IMG/VR virus record: IMGVR_UViG_3300032280_000442
Location: 32,001-96,000 of that record
From: a virus
Taxonomy: Duplodnaviria; Caudoviricetes
Reading direction: 5' to 3' (one strand)
Length of the DNA stretch: 64,000 nt
The notes beneath the pieces were generated by a model. The model was not told where the DNA came from. It did not search any database and worked only from the letters and a program-made list of their open reading frames with translations. Positions 9,961 through 19,564 of this stretch are shown piece by piece (within the stretch, counting starts at the first letter, position 1; each line of letters starts with the position of its first letter). The position numbers were made by a program, and so were the translations under genes.

Positions 9961-10156
9961 TTTTGTTTTATTTATGTTTATTTATTGTTCACATATGGGC
10001 AAAAAAAATCCCTTCAATAGAGAAGGGATTTACTGTTTAAGTAATATAATTGTTCGGCGTGTATAATTCATATCGTTTCATTGGTAATAAATATATCATA
10101 TTAAGATAAAAAGTCAATATGTTTTACTTTTTAATTTATACAGATATAATTATAGT

Positions 10157-10345
10157 ATGACCGAAGAACAAAAAGCCCGAGAGTATAGTAATCTAACATA
10201 TGGTTATGATAGTATTGCTAACGAAATTGCCTCAATTAAAGGTGAAAGTATTGACCTAAACCAAGAACAAAAAGCCAAAATTAACAAACTCCAAGAACAA
10301 CAAAGGAGAATTATGGCAAGATTACAACAAATTATGAATGGATAA
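10157..10345 (+). CDS. hypothetical coiled-coil protein
   Basis: ORF followed by a terminator. Confidence 0.6.
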   Translation: MTEEQKAREYSNLTYGYDSIANEIASIKGESIDLNQEQKAKINKLQEQQRRIMARLQQIMNG

Positions 10346-10349
10346 TGAA

Positions 10350-10376
10350 TAACCCCCAATTAAGGGGGGTTTTTTA
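10350..10376. terminator. terminator between convergent genes
   Basis: aaccccc-aatta-aggggggtttttt. Confidence 0.7.
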
Positions 10377-11069
10377 TTATACAAACTCTACTTCGTTTGT
10401 TTCAGGATTCCAATCAACAGTCATTGGTTTTTGAGAATAAACATATCTTTCATCTAAAACCGCAGAATTAAAATGATGTGTGTCACCTTTTTTAACGTAA
10501 CCATATCCTGTGTGGATGTGACCAACATTATGAAGTTTAACATTTAATCTCTCTAATCTTTCTGCCAATAACTCACAACCTAAATTATCATATCTTCTAC
10601 CGTCAACGGTGTCTAATATTCCAAACGCCGGTCCGTGAGTAAGTAAGATATCAGTATCATCAGGAATTCCTTCCCATTTACCTGACAAAGTAATACCATT
10701 TTTTTGTAAATTGAATGCCCAATCGTGAAACCAAGGCTGCCAAGGACTACCGTAGATTTTAACTTCTCTTTCATCACCAACTTTGATTACTAATTCACTA
10801 TCTTGTAGATATGTAATTCCGGTGTAGAAATCTAATATTTCTTTTACCTTCTCAACATTGTCTTGGAATCCCCAATCGTGGTTTCCCGCAATGAAAACTT
10901 TGTGAGTGTAACCTTTGATATCGTTAAACCATTTACAGAACTCTCTGATTTCGTGTTCGTAACCCATAGATGATATATCACCACTATGAACTAGTAAGTC
11001 CCCACCAGGTAAATCCAATGTCACTTGTTTGTGTTTGTTGTGAGTATCCGACAAAAATGTTACTCTCAT
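10377..11069 (-). CDS. calcineurin-like metallophosphoesterase (MPPED/239FB-like)
   Basis: SDTH, HSGD, AGNHD, THGP, GHIH motifs. Confidence 0.9.
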   Translation of the reverse strand: MRVTFLSDTHNKHKQVTLDLPGGDLLVHSGDISSMGYEHEIREFCKWFNDIKGYTHKVFIAGNHDWGFQDNVEKVKEILDFYTGITYLQDSELVIKVGDEREVKIYGSPWQPWFHDWAFNLQKNGITLSGKWEGIPDDTDILLTHGPAFGILDTVDGRRYDNLGCELLAERLERLNVKLHNVGHIHTGYGYVKKGDTHHFNSAVLDERYVYSQKPMTVDWNPETNEVEFV

Positions 11070-11218
11070 TATTTCTATTTTTTTTCTTTTTCTTCTTCGT
11101 TAAAAAAATCTTCTCCTTTGTAATCCGGATGGTTTTCGTGCATATCGGCAATACCTTTAACCCATAACGCCACAACACCTAAAACTACAAAAAATATAAT
11201 TGCATAAACTCCCATATT

Positions 11219-11914
11219 CTATTTTTTAAATTTAAACACAAAATTACCCGCTGTTTTATTCCTACCATTTAAATTATTAGAAATTGAAGAATTATTTATC
11301 CCTAAACCAATTGACGCTGTTTTAGTACTATCCCATTCTCTAATAAATTTACCTTCTTTTGTAAATTGTAATATTGGTTTATACTGTTGTGGTGCGGGTT
11401 TTCCAAATCTTATAGAATGGTTTGCCTTATAAAACTCTTTCATTTTACTTACAGATTTTTCACTTCTTTTTCTTCTATCTTCATCGGTTAAACTATCCCA
11501 ATATTTTTTAACACCTTCTCGTCGTTTTTCTTTTTCTTTTTCAGAGTTTTCACCGTGAAGTTCATCATAGGTTTTGTCTTTAAAAAATTCTTGTATTTTG
11601 GTTTTACTTTCTTGACTATGACCTAATCTAAACCCATCTCCACCCTCTGTTAAATTACATAATGTTCCGGTTTTATTAATTTTTCTACCGTGAAAATTAA
11701 TTAATTCAATTTCTTTATCACAAGCATCCGTCCAACTTATATTATCAAATAAAATATCAACAATATAAGGCGTTTTTTTTATTATCTTATACCATATTTT
11801 ATTTCTACCATATGTATCAAAAGCTCTTTTGTGATTATCATCAGAATTTAACCCAATACCTATATAGAAAATTTCATTATTATCTAATCTTGTGTGTTTA
11901 TATACGTAAGCCAT
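11219..11914 (-). mobile_element. free-standing GIY-YIG-like homing endonuclease with NUMOD DNA-binding modules
   Basis: YVY...FYIG, NLTEGGDG, HSQESKTKI (NUMOD3), C-terminal NUMOD1/HTH KPILQF...EW.S...A. Confidence 0.8.
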
Positions 11915-11979
11915 TTATAGTTTTTACTATAAATAGTTTGAGAATATTGAAAGGTGGTGGTTTCATTAAAAAAGTTCGT

Positions 11980-12615
11980 TCAATCCCACCATTTTTCAAT
12001 TTCCGACTCCATAATTCTAAATAACAATTTTCTAGCTCTATCGTGATTTATGTGACCAATATTCATTGCAATTATTTGTTTATCCTCCTCACGACCTTCT
12101 CTACCAAAAACACCCTCACCATCTAATACTCTTTTGTAGATTAGTGGATATTTTTTGAAGTAATCATCAAAATTTTCTTCTAATAATCGTGATTCCCAAG
12201 AAGAATAACCCGGTTTTTCATCAATATCCTCAAACCAATGTTTTGTTTTATGATAATCTGAGTATTCTGACGAATAAAACTCATCTTGAACCAATTTCAT
12301 TAGTTTAACACACAATCTCATTCTTTTGGCGTCTAATTGTGCACGAGTGTGAAAATCTCTACGACCAATATAGTCAGCTTGAGAGGTTAATTTATGTTTC
12401 ATTATATCAAAGATGTAACTACTATCCCAATTTTGGTCTTTCCATATGATTGGAAACCAATAAATCAGGTTTTTAACCCCTTGTTTGATATATTTGTGGT
12501 AATATTTACCATCGTGATTCCACCATAGTGGTATGAATCGTAATTTTCTTATAATCCACGGACGTTTTTTAATTTTTTCCGCCCATTCGTCGAATATGTC
12601 TTTTTCTGGTTCCAT
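11980..12615 (-). CDS. conserved phage hypothetical protein
   Basis: start moved to MEPEK after promoter 12632-12639; WFPIIWKDQNWD, C-terminal WWD. Confidence 0.6.
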   Translation of the reverse strand: MEPEKDIFDEWAEKIKKRPWIIRKLRFIPLWWNHDGKYYHKYIKQGVKNLIYWFPIIWKDQNWDSSYIFDIMKHKLTSQADYIGRRDFHTRAQLDAKRMRLCVKLMKLVQDEFYSSEYSDYHKTKHWFEDIDEKPGYSSWESRLLEENFDDYFKKYPLIYKRVLDGEGVFGREGREEDKQIIAMNIGHINHDRARKLLFRIMESEIEKWWD

Positions 12616-12628
12616 TTTTAATATTTTT

Positions 12629-12841
12629 TTACAAAGATAACACTTTTTCTGTCTGAGACAAACAATTTTCATTAAAATCTCTGTTAAATGTGATTTTTAG
12701 GTCTTCAGTCATCTCAATACACCATTTATTCATAAAATTATTGAATAAGTTAACACTAACACTAATATGTTTATTTGTTTGAGAGGAAAATAATACTTTA
12801 TTTACCCAATTAAACTCTTGGTGAATTTGATATACGTCCAT
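12629..12841 (-). CDS. hypothetical protein
   Basis: stop/start coupled to the upstream ORF. Confidence 0.45.
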   Translation of the reverse strand: MDVYQIHQEFNWVNKVLFSSQTNKHISVSVNLFNNFMNKWCIEMTEDLKITFNRDFNENCLSQTEKVLSL

Positions 12842-13128
12842 TATTTAAATTTACCCATATTTTTAGACATAGACTGTATTTGTTTCATCATTTGATTCAT
12901 ATCAGGTATATTTTGAAACGGATTTGGATATCCTACATCATTAAAACCGACAGAATTTGGTGTTTTAGATGGGAATCCTTTTTTTAAGTCGGTAAATGAC
13001 GTGAATATTCTTCTACCATATTTATTCCACCATTTATAGATTAAAATTATTGTCACTACTTGGACAATTACAAAAATTGTTAAAATTACATTTAAATACA
13101 TACTTTTTTTTTTCTTTAATAATAACAA
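12841..13128 (-). CDS. membrane-anchored hypothetical protein
   Basis: N-terminal TM; real start probably MYLNV. Confidence 0.5.
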   Translation of the reverse strand: MLLLKKKKSMYLNVILTIFVIVQVVTIILIYKWWNKYGRRIFTSFTDLKKGFPSKTPNSVGFNDVGYPNPFQNIPDMNQMMKQIQSMSKNMGKFK

Positions 13129-13191
13129 ACAATTTTATCTAAATCAAATACTCAATTGAAAATACAAGTTTTTAGACCTATATTTAATAAT

Positions 13192-13461
13192 ATGAAGAAA
13201 GCATTTGAATTTTTTATCAATAATGTCTTAAGAGATGACCTCAACCTACTATTTGGTATTGATAGTACAATTGTTGTTAATTTTATTAGATATTCAACCA
13301 ATAATAAATGCTTCACGGTTGATTGTAAGTTACTTACAACCGACCCTGAATTGTGTAAAGAAACTTTTCCGGATGGGTTAAATCATTTAGTGATTGAAAG
13401 TTGGAAATATATGGGTCGTAAAGAAAATATTAACCTCACATCTTCGATTGACCTTAAATAA
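13192..13461 (+). CDS. hypothetical protein
   Basis: ATG start MKKAFE. Confidence 0.5.
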   Translation: MKKAFEFFINNVLRDDLNLLFGIDSTIVVNFIRYSTNNKCFTVDCKLLTTDPELCKETFPDGLNHLVIESWKYMGRKENINLTSSIDLK

Positions 13462-13648
13462 ATAAATGTACATCAGATTGAATTATTCCTTCTGATACAA
13501 ATTCTTCATACACGTCTTGAACGACCTCAGAAAAATTTCTTTTTGGGTCATTATTTCTAATTTTAGTTACTTCATTTGAGAATTCTTTGAATACTCCTGA
13601 AATGTGAGCAAAATAGTACATTTCCTCAACGTGTTCTTCGTTTGACAT
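13454..13648 (-). CDS. hypothetical protein
   Basis: ORF track. Confidence 0.5.
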   Translation of the reverse strand: MSNEEHVEEMYYFAHISGVFKEFSNEVTKIRNNDPKRNFSEVVQDVYEEFVSEGIIQSDVHLFI

Positions 13649-13770
13649 AATATTATAAAGGTTTTGTGGGTTAATTTCTATTTATAATTATAGTGAAATT
13701 TTGTTTTTTAATCAATAAGGTTTGATTTTTATTTTTATTTATATTATTATTATCAAAAACATTTAATTTT

Positions 13771-14199
13771 ATGAAAAAAGTAGAAACAACGAGTAAAGTA
13801 AAAGTACATTACGCAGGAAGATTAGAAGATGGGACAACTTTCGATACATCAGTAACTGAAGGTCGTGAACCACTAGAAGTTGAATTAGGTTTAGGTCAAC
13901 TTATTAAAGGATTTGAGGATGGTTTAATTGGTATGTCAGAAGGTGAGAAAAAAACTATTGAGATTTCAGTAGAAGATGCTTACGGAGAACCAAGACCTGA
14001 GTTTATTAATGAAGTTCCAAAGGCAAATGTTCCTGAAGGAATCCAAGTTGGTGAGTCATTACAAGGTATGGGACCACAAGGACCAGTTAATGTTCAAGTT
14101 ATCGCCGTTAATGAAGAAACGGTTACATTAGATGCTAATCATCCTTTAGCAGGTAAAAAACTTATTTTTGATTTAGAAGTTGTTGAAATTTCTGAATAA
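13771..14199 (+). CDS. FKBP-type peptidyl-prolyl isomerase (SlyD/FkpB-like, no His tail)
   Basis: VKVHY.GRLEDG..FD, LIKGFE, DAYG, LDANHPLAGK.L.F. Confidence 0.93.
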   Translation: MKKVETTSKVKVHYAGRLEDGTTFDTSVTEGREPLEVELGLGQLIKGFEDGLIGMSEGEKKTIEISVEDAYGEPRPEFINEVPKANVPEGIQVGESLQGMGPQGPVNVQVIAVNEETVTLDANHPLAGKKLIFDLEVVEISE

Positions 14200-14200
14200 T

Positions 14201-14228
14201 AAAAAAAGGGACTTTAAGTCCCTTTTTT
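14201..14228. terminator. bidirectional terminator
   Basis: aaaaaaagggact-tta-agtccctttttt between convergent genes. Confidence 0.8.
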
Positions 14229-14617
14229 TATTTAAACATCTTTTTTTCATTATTAGGATGTGATTTTTCGTATTTTTTAATTATAGACCCCGATTCAGAA
14301 TTAGCTTCATCTTCATTTTTACCTCCAATATCCGGACCTTTATGTCGTTTTAAAATTGTTCTCTGATATTCGTGAACCCATTCGTGAGCAAGTGTTCTTA
14401 AAATGTCTCTATTCATCCTACCTTTAGATAAAATTAACAATTCATTTTTATCATTTCGTTGACCTGTAGTCATATTACCTTCTCTTTCACCAACAAATTT
14501 AATTGTTACATTATTCTTTAAAGGTTTTATTTTTTGTAGGTATTTTATGAAGTCATTAAAGAAATCGTAATTTTCTTTTGGGACATCAGAATTAATATGT
14601 TTAATTATTACTTTCAT
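14228..14617 (-). CDS. HExxH zinc metallopeptidase-like protein
   Basis: RTLAHEWVHEYQ ... EDEAN. Confidence 0.65.
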   Translation of the reverse strand: MKVIIKHINSDVPKENYDFFNDFIKYLQKIKPLKNNVTIKFVGEREGNMTTGQRNDKNELLILSKGRMNRDILRTLAHEWVHEYQRTILKRHKGPDIGGKNEDEANSESGSIIKKYEKSHPNNEKKMFK

Positions 14618-14668
14618 ATTTATAAATATATTGAAATTTGTTAGTATTTATTATAAAAGAAATTTAAT

Positions 14669-15274
14669 ATGTCTAAAAGAATAATTATATCTGAAGAAGA
14701 AAAAAACGAAATAAAATCGTTATATAATATTAATGAACAAGGAGCTGGTGACATTCTTAAAGGGTTAGCCGATACAATTGTAAATATGATTAAAACAGGT
14801 AAGTTTGGAACTAATTCATCCGATTTAACTGATTTAGTTGATTCTGATAATCTACCAAATAAAACAACATCGGATGACGATTTTTATAAATCAATCTTAA
14901 AATGTTTAGGTGCGGAACCAACTAAGAGTAATATGTTATTTATGTATGCTTGGAGACAAGCCGAGGGAGGTAGTGCAAAAAATAACCCATTTAACACCAC
15001 AATGAAAATGGAAGGTGCCACCAATTATAATAATGTTGGTGTTAAAAATTATCAAACATCTGAAGATGGTATTGAAGCAACTTGCAAAACTCTTAAAAAT
15101 GGTAGAGACAAATATGGTTACGATAAAATTATTGATGGATTAAAAAATGATGTCGGGTTGTCTAAATTATCCGATGCTGTGGTTAATTCAAAATGGGGAA
15201 CTAAAGATTTATTATCTAGAATTACCAAAGATTATATTGCAGGAATAACCCCAAAACCTAAAGACATTGCGTAA
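14669..15274 (+). CDS. leader-bearing lysozyme-fold (muramidase/transglycosylase-like) protein
   Basis: leader MSKRIIISEEEK...INE; AWRQAEGG..NNPFNTT...VKNY....DGIEAT. Confidence 0.6.
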   Translation: MSKRIIISEEEKNEIKSLYNINEQGAGDILKGLADTIVNMIKTGKFGTNSSDLTDLVDSDNLPNKTTSDDDFYKSILKCLGAEPTKSNMLFMYAWRQAEGGSAKNNPFNTTMKMEGATNYNNVGVKNYQTSEDGIEATCKTLKNGRDKYGYDKIIDGLKNDVGLSKLSDAVVNSKWGTKDLLSRITKDYIAGITPKPKDIA

Positions 15275-15303
15275 AACAACAAAACCGACATCAGTCGGTT
15301 TTT

Positions 15304-15657
15304 TTATTGTATTATACTCAATAAGACATAACTTAACTTGTATCCCACAAACGCACCTAACGCCGACGGTATCGGGAATACAATTAATTTACCCAAGTCA
15401 GTCACATATTTTGGTCGGTTCACAATCTTACCCACAAAGAAGTAATATATTAGATATCCCAATAAAACTGCAATATCTGTCCGTGTTGCAATAAAAACAA
15501 CTAATGTGGCTCCCAAGAACCCAAAGATAAAATTATCTCTCACACCTTCCCAAATCTCTTTATTTGACGCACTTTCGTACTCCTTAACTATTTTCTTAAT
15601 TTTTACTTTATTCTTCTTAAAGTAATTATTCTCCGATTCCATATTTTGTCTTTCCAT
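15304..15657 (-). CDS. three-TM membrane protein
   Basis: three hydrophobic segments. Confidence 0.6.
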   Translation of the reverse strand: MERQNMESENNYFKKNKVKIKKIVKEYESASNKEIWEGVRDNFIFGFLGATLVVFIATRTDIAVLLGYLIYYFFVGKIVNRPKYVTDLGKLIVFPIPSALGAFVGYKLSYVLLSIIQ

Positions 15658-15814
15658 CTAATGTTTCTGCTTTAATTGTCTTCTCATTCATAAATGTTAA
15701 TTCTAATTGAGTACTGGCGATTAAATATTCTTCAACCATTTCCCAACTCATTAAATCTTTCATAAAAAACGTATGTAACGTTCTCATTATTTCAAATTCT
15801 GTTGCTTCGTTCAT
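15626..15814 (-). CDS. hypothetical protein
   Basis: overlap-coupled ORF. Confidence 0.45.
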   Translation of the reverse strand: MNEATEFEIMRTLHTFFMKDLMSWEMVEEYLIASTQLELTFMNEKTIKAETLDGKTKYGIGE

Positions 15815-16077
15815 ATTGTTTGTTTATCTTTACCTTCGTATAAGGTCGCTATGTTAATTTTTCCCTCAGTTTGCGCAAATTGTTCTAAAAAATTAAGTCG
15901 GACTTGTTTATTTAGTTCTAATAAATTCATTTCATCCAACTCTGTTGTTGTGAATTGTTCGTTTGATAATTCACATAGGTAAAAATGATGGGTCACATCA
16001 TAGGTCTTCCCTTTATAATCTAATGTGGATTGTTCCGACATTAATTTCATTTCTTTTCCGCTTAATGGACTTTTCAT
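15811..16077 (-). CDS. MqsA/YgiT-type antitoxin N-terminal-domain-like protein, lacking HTH
   Basis: MKSPLSGKEM...FYLCELSNEQFTTTELDE resembles, from memory, the N-terminus of Bacteroidota MqsA-family antitoxins. Confidence 0.6.
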   Translation of the reverse strand: MKSPLSGKEMKLMSEQSTLDYKGKTYDVTHHFYLCELSNEQFTTTELDEMNLLELNKQVRLNFLEQFAQTEGKINIATLYEGKDKQTI

Positions 16078-16079
16078 AT

Positions 16080-16265
16080 CTAATTTAATATCCAATTAAT
16101 TAACGCATTCATTTGATATTGTTCTTCTCTTATTCTGATATGATTTTGAATATTTTCAACAGTGATACCACTGTAGGTATTTGGATTTTTGACCATATCA
16201 TCTAAATCTTCGGTATGTTTCAACATTTCTTCGTATTTTTCTCTAATTTCTTTTTCTGTTTTCAT
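16080..16265 (-). CDS. hypothetical protein
   Basis: MKTEKEI...ALINWILN; coupled ORF. Confidence 0.5.
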   Translation of the reverse strand: MKTEKEIREKYEEMLKHTEDLDDMVKNPNTYSGITVENIQNHIRIREEQYQMNALINWILN

Positions 16266-16480
16266 ATTATTTGTTCTTCTTTACCATCGTTCCAAACGAT
16301 TTTACTTGTTTTACTTATTAAATCCGTAATAATTTTATAAAAAGGTGAGTCACTTCTTTTTTGGGTTACGGTTTGATTTTTATCGTCATAGATATAACTC
16401 CAAATGGAATTATAGTAAGAACCTGTTATTTTCTTTTCAACAACTCTACCTTTATCATCCACCTTTTCATTAACTATCAT
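16262..16480 (-). CDS. hypothetical protein
   Basis: coupled ORF. Confidence 0.5.
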   Translation of the reverse strand: MIVNEKVDDKGRVVEKKITGSYYNSIWSYIYDDKNQTVTQKRSDSPFYKIITDLISKTSKIVWNDGKEEQII

Positions 16481-16713
16481 AATAATATTTCAATTGTTAT
16501 ACCTGCTGGTCCTAATGATAGGTTGTAGGTGTTAAATCTGTTATCGTTTAACCATCCATACTTTTTGAAGTTAAATATGATAACATCTTTTCCTTCGTAT
16601 TGTGCGTGGATGGTATTTGTTTGGTAATCAATCGCCGGATGAGACACAAACCCATTTTTAACCGGATTTATAAACTCTTTTTCCAATTCCTGTGTCTGAA
16701 TATGAATTAACAT
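16477..16713 (-). CDS. hypothetical protein
   Basis: coupled ORF downstream of thyA-C. Confidence 0.5.
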   Translation of the reverse strand: MLIHIQTQELEKEFINPVKNGFVSHPAIDYQTNTIHAQYEGKDVIIFNFKKYGWLNDNRFNTYNLSLGPAGITIEILL

Positions 16714-16715
16714 TT

Positions 16716-17654
16716 TTAATTGCTTAAAGGTGCTTTAATTGTTGGATGTGATTCATAGTTCTCAATTTGGAATTGTGCTATTGATTGATACTCCATATCA
16801 ATTCCTGTTATTGGACAAGGAACAAATTTTAGTGTTGGTAATGGAAAAGGTTTTCTTGTATGTAAACCCGGACTGATGTTATATTTTCCAAAATACTCAG
16901 ATAATCCACCACCAAACGGCATTAATTCATCAACCGCTTTATTATAATTTTCTTCACCCATCGCTTGTTTTAACAATTCGGTTCTTTCTTGGTGAGTGTA
17001 TTTTCTTCCAATCTGTTCTTTTGCTTGTTCAATATGATTTAAGTATAAATGAACATCACCAAGATTTCCAATCAATTCTTCCGGAACCATATTAACTTCT
17101 TTTGCAATGATTTCCAATAACAATCCATAAGAAGCAATGTTGAATGGTAAACCTAAAAATGTATCTACTGAACGTTGATTCCACATTAAAGAGATTGCTC
17201 TTGCAGGTATATCATTTTCATCATATTGATTATGTGTGTAGATATTTCCAACAGGGTTATGTGTGTTATTCCATATTGTTGCTCTCTCTTCTAAACTCAA
17301 TTCTCTTGTATAAACTTGAAATCCATAATGACACGGAGGAAGAACCATATTTGGTAAATCGTGAACTGCCCAAGCATTAACCATTAATCGTCTACTATCC
17401 GGATTGGTTTTAAGGTCGTTGATTAGATTTTGAATTTGGTCTATCTTAACCCAATTAATCATTTTTATACCATCTTTGTCTTCCTCACCAATTATACCGT
17501 TACTTCCTTTCCAACTTCTCCATTGAGCCCCGTAAATTGGACCTAAGTCACCCCACTTCTTAGCAAACTCATCATCTGTTTTAATTTTATTGATGAATTC
17601 TTCTTGTGTTAATACTCTACCACTTTCGTGTAAATCTTTTTTAGTTGCTTTCAT
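16716..17654 (-). CDS. thyA: thymidylate synthase, C-terminal fragment
   Basis: DLGPIYGAQWR, NPDSRR, LPPCH (catalytic Cys), QRSVD.FLGLPFNIASY, GDVHLY.NH, IKAPLS. Confidence 0.92.
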   Translation of the reverse strand: MKATKKDLHESGRVLTQEEFINKIKTDDEFAKKWGDLGPIYGAQWRSWKGSNGIIGEEDKDGIKMINWVKIDQIQNLINDLKTNPDSRRLMVNAWAVHDLPNMVLPPCHYGFQVYTRELSLEERATIWNNTHNPVGNIYTHNQYDENDIPARAISLMWNQRSVDTFLGLPFNIASYGLLLEIIAKEVNMVPEELIGNLGDVHLYLNHIEQAKEQIGRKYTHQERTELLKQAMGEENYNKAVDELMPFGGGLSEYFGKYNISPGLHTRKPFPLPTLKFVPCPITGIDMEYQSIAQFQIENYESHPTIKAPLSN

Positions 17655-18363
17655 TTTTTATATCTTTATATTTCCATTTATAACCTAATGTAGATTTACA
17701 CCTACCTTTACAACAATTTGTTATGTTCCCACCATTATTGTAACCTAATGATTTAGCGGCGGACGCAGCACTATCAAATTCTTGTATAAAATTATCATCC
17801 AAGTCAAATTGTAATATAGGTTTTTTATTTTTTTCGTGAACTTCACCTAAGAATTTAGAATAATCGGTTTTTCTGTTTTTAATAGATTCTCTCCAACTGT
17901 TCCAATTTGTGTTTTGTTTAGTTTTTCTATCTCTTTCTTCAAAATCTACCTTACTAATTCTATCTCTTAATATTTTTTTTCTCTCTTCTTCCGTTACTTC
18001 ATCCAACCACATATTTAGGTGTCTACTTCTATTTGGATTATGAAAAACTGAATTTGAGTAATCAATAAACTTACTTGTATCCCCACCGTCACCAGCCTCT
18101 TCTCTTAAATTAGCCCATTCTTTTGATTCAACTACATTGTATAAATCACTTAATTCTATACCTTTTTTAATTAATTCATCAACACAGTTTGTTTCAAAAA
18201 CGATTTCAGTTTTAATATTATCAATAGTCAAACTATTTTTATTAATGTGTCGTTTCCAAATCTTACCACTACCTAAATAAGTAATCGGGTCTTTTGTTGT
18301 TTTACCAAGATACTTTAACCCAAAAGGGCTTGTTTTAATGTACAAATAATATTTTGTTTCCAT
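17641..18363 (-). mobile_element. GIY-YIG/Seg-like homing endonuclease with NUMOD1, inserted within thyA
   Basis: YLY....GLKYLGKT..D...YLGSG..W; WANL..E.GDGG; C-terminal KPILQFDL...EF.S...A..LG....I..CC. Confidence 0.82.
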
Positions 18364-18401
18364 ATTCTCTTTTATTATAAATATGGTGATGGGTATAAAA
18401 A

Positions 18402-18722
18402 TTACATATTTTTATCATCTTTTTTTAATTTTTCACATTCTTTTAGATACGCTTGATAAGCGTCCCCATCCCAAATATGGCAATTATTATCAACCAACCA
18501 TTTGATGTTTGTATTCCCCTGAAGAAACCAAAGAAGTTCAGTTACAATTGTTTTGAATGGCATCTTTTTGGTTGTAAGTAATGGGAATCCTTCTGACATT
18601 TTATGTCTGATTTGTCTTCCAAATACTGAGATTGTTCCCGTCCCGGTACGGTCAGATTTAGGGGTGCCGTTATCAAGAATGTCTTGAAGTAGGTCTGTGT
18701 ATGTTTTGTCTAATTTATTCAT
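18402..18722 (-). CDS. thyA: thymidylate synthase, N-terminal fragment
   Basis: [40 protein letters not shown]. Confidence 0.92.
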   Translation of the reverse strand: MNKLDKTYTDLLQDILDNGTPKSDRTGTGTISVFGRQIRHKMSEGFPLLTTKKMPFKTIVTELLWFLQGNTNIKWLVDNNCHIWDGDAYQAYLKECEKLKKDDKNM

Positions 18723-18755
18723 AAATCCCATATACTTTTTCTTTTTCGTTTTATT

Positions 18756-18902
18756 TTATTCAGTAGTAATTGTAGTATCATTACTATCACTTGTATTTTC
18801 TTCTTCATCTTTTAGTTCTTCAATATGTTGATACCACATCGGGTTTGGTAAACCACTATAGTAGTCCCACAATTCATCGTCGGTTGATTGCGTATTACTC
18901 AT
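18756..18902 (-). CDS. small acidic hypothetical protein (48 aa, not in ORF track)
   Basis: hand translation MSNTQSTDDELWDYYSGLPNPMWYQH...; overlaps the stop of the upstream gene. Confidence 0.45.
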   Translation of the reverse strand: MSNTQSTDDELWDYYSGLPNPMWYQHIEELKDEEENTSDSNDTTITTE

Positions 18903-19125
18903 CATCTAATTCACCTTCTAATTCAAGGTTTTGACCTTCTTCAACTTTACTATCAATGTATTCACGAAGTTCTTTCATATGTTGTAAGAACCCCAATCTT
19001 AATCTATGAAATTCCTCATCTTTGATTTCATCCCAATCACTATAACTTTCAAAACAATAATCAAAACCTTCTCCATCCATTCTGTATTGGACTGATTGCC
19101 AATTTTCTAATTCATCTTCTGTCAT
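18895..19125 (-). CDS. acidic hypothetical protein
   Basis: EGFDYCF..YS.W.EIKDE.FH. Confidence 0.55.
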   Translation of the reverse strand: MTEDELENWQSVQYRMDGEGFDYCFESYSDWDEIKDEEFHRLRLGFLQHMKELREYIDSKVEEGQNLELEGELDDE

Positions 19126-19127
19126 TA

Positions 19128-19559
19128 TTATACGATATTATTTAATTCGTTATTTTCAATCTCCTTAATTTTACCAACCATTTTCTCTAATCCGGAAAAC
19201 ATTGTCTTTCTTTTTTCCTCATACATTTGTCTCATATCTTCCTGTCTACCATCACCGATGAAAGTTTTACTAACTAAATTTTCAATAGTGTTGTGTAGTT
19301 TTTCTTTAATACTCATTGGAGAGGATTCAATTGGTACGAATATAATTTTCTCAACTTCGTACCTATCAAATTTCAAATTAAACTTAACCGACCGGGTATA
19401 TTTTTCAATAACTTCCAACTCAACATTCATATAAACTGTCGGACCTAATTTAGTCCAAAACAATTTTCCGTCTTCTTGGGGATTCGGTAACTGAACCCTG
19501 ATGTTGGTGCCAATAACGTTCTCCAACATAAAATCTATGTATTTTTTCGTTAATTCCAT
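19128..19559 (-). CDS. hypothetical protein
   Basis: ORF in operon. Confidence 0.55.
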   Translation of the reverse strand: MELTKKYIDFMLENVIGTNIRVQLPNPQEDGKLFWTKLGPTVYMNVELEVIEKYTRSVKFNLKFDRYEVEKIIFVPIESSPMSIKEKLHNTIENLVSKTFIGDGRQEDMRQMYEEKRKTMFSGLEKMVGKIKEIENNELNNIV

Positions 19560-19564
19560 TTTAA

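Noticed and set aside
17641-18401. Group I intron or intein in thyA (T4 td-like)
   Set aside because: Only 38 nt of non-coding DNA on one side and an overlap on the other; no intein junction residues. An intron fold overlapping the coding sequence cannot be fully excluded without a covariance search
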